From assembly GCA_963736195.1 (NCBI GenBank), contig CAVTNP010000004.1:1229153-1293152 (forward strand): a stretch of 64,000 nucleotides of DNA. The letters are read 5' to 3'. Origin of the DNA: Ignavibacteriota bacterium. GTDB taxonomy: Bacteria > Bacteroidota > Ignavibacteria > Palsa-1295. Both the position numbers and the translations under genes were made by a program. The notes beneath the pieces were generated by a model. That model made no database searches. It was not told where the DNA came from and saw only the letters and a program-made list of their open reading frames with translations. The first letter of the stretch is position 1; each line of letters opens with the position of its first letter. Below are positions 63,999 to 64,000 of this stretch, piece after piece.

Positions 63999-64000
63999 CC

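Noticed and set aside
1-64000. tRNA or rRNA genes, transposases, integrases and phage genes
   Set aside because: Scanning intergenic regions and the ORF translations turned up no cloverleaf-like tRNA sequence and no DDE or tyrosine-recombinase motifs, so nothing is reported.

Overview
This 64 kb window is a chromosomal segment from a Gram-negative bacterium of the Bacteroidota/Chlorobiota-Ignavibacteria type. That placement rests on many secreted proteins ending in T9SS C-terminal sorting domains, an Lnt/MsbA/GT9 envelope gene set, and moderately high GC. The strand layout is coherent and carries about 55 genes. The housekeeping genes are maf, ribH, rimO, glycerate kinase, 3-methyladenine glycosylase, polyprenyl-PP synthase, tatC, lnt, rpsR-rpmB, and ctaA-ctaB plus ccmE-ccmF for heme A and cytochrome c maturation. 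A large envelope/LPS-like glycan cluster spans 52.4-64 kb. It holds four GT9 heptosyltransferase-like genes, msbA, two GT2 genes, an ArnT/PMT-like GT-C gene and an M50 protease. No transposases, integrases, CRISPR arrays or tRNAs were seen. The most unusual signal is a short perfect-palindrome repeat family (TTCATCG-N4-CGATGAA, 18-nt unit). It is inserted in frame, in tandem copies, at multiple sites in at least five genes between 13.6 and 23.5 kb, including three sites in the cytoplasmic radical-SAM enzyme RimO. Related copies sit in the adjacent intergenic region. This resembles the in-frame Rickettsia palindromic elements. A second family of GC-rich hairpin elements (CCCCTCC-loop-GGAGGGG with a GGTGGTTRGGTG box) flanks maf. 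Other notable items: a frameshifted outer-membrane beta-barrel gene at an A6/T6 tract; a secreted S1-like serine protease next to a stand-alone homolog of its own N-terminal pro-like domain; a ParE/RelE toxin-antitoxin pair and a candidate GNAT-type TA pair; a cluster of four DnaA-box-like 9-mers in a promoter region; and tandem T9SS paralogs with near-identical 3' ends. All functional calls come from motif-level reading of the supplied translations; no database searches were run.
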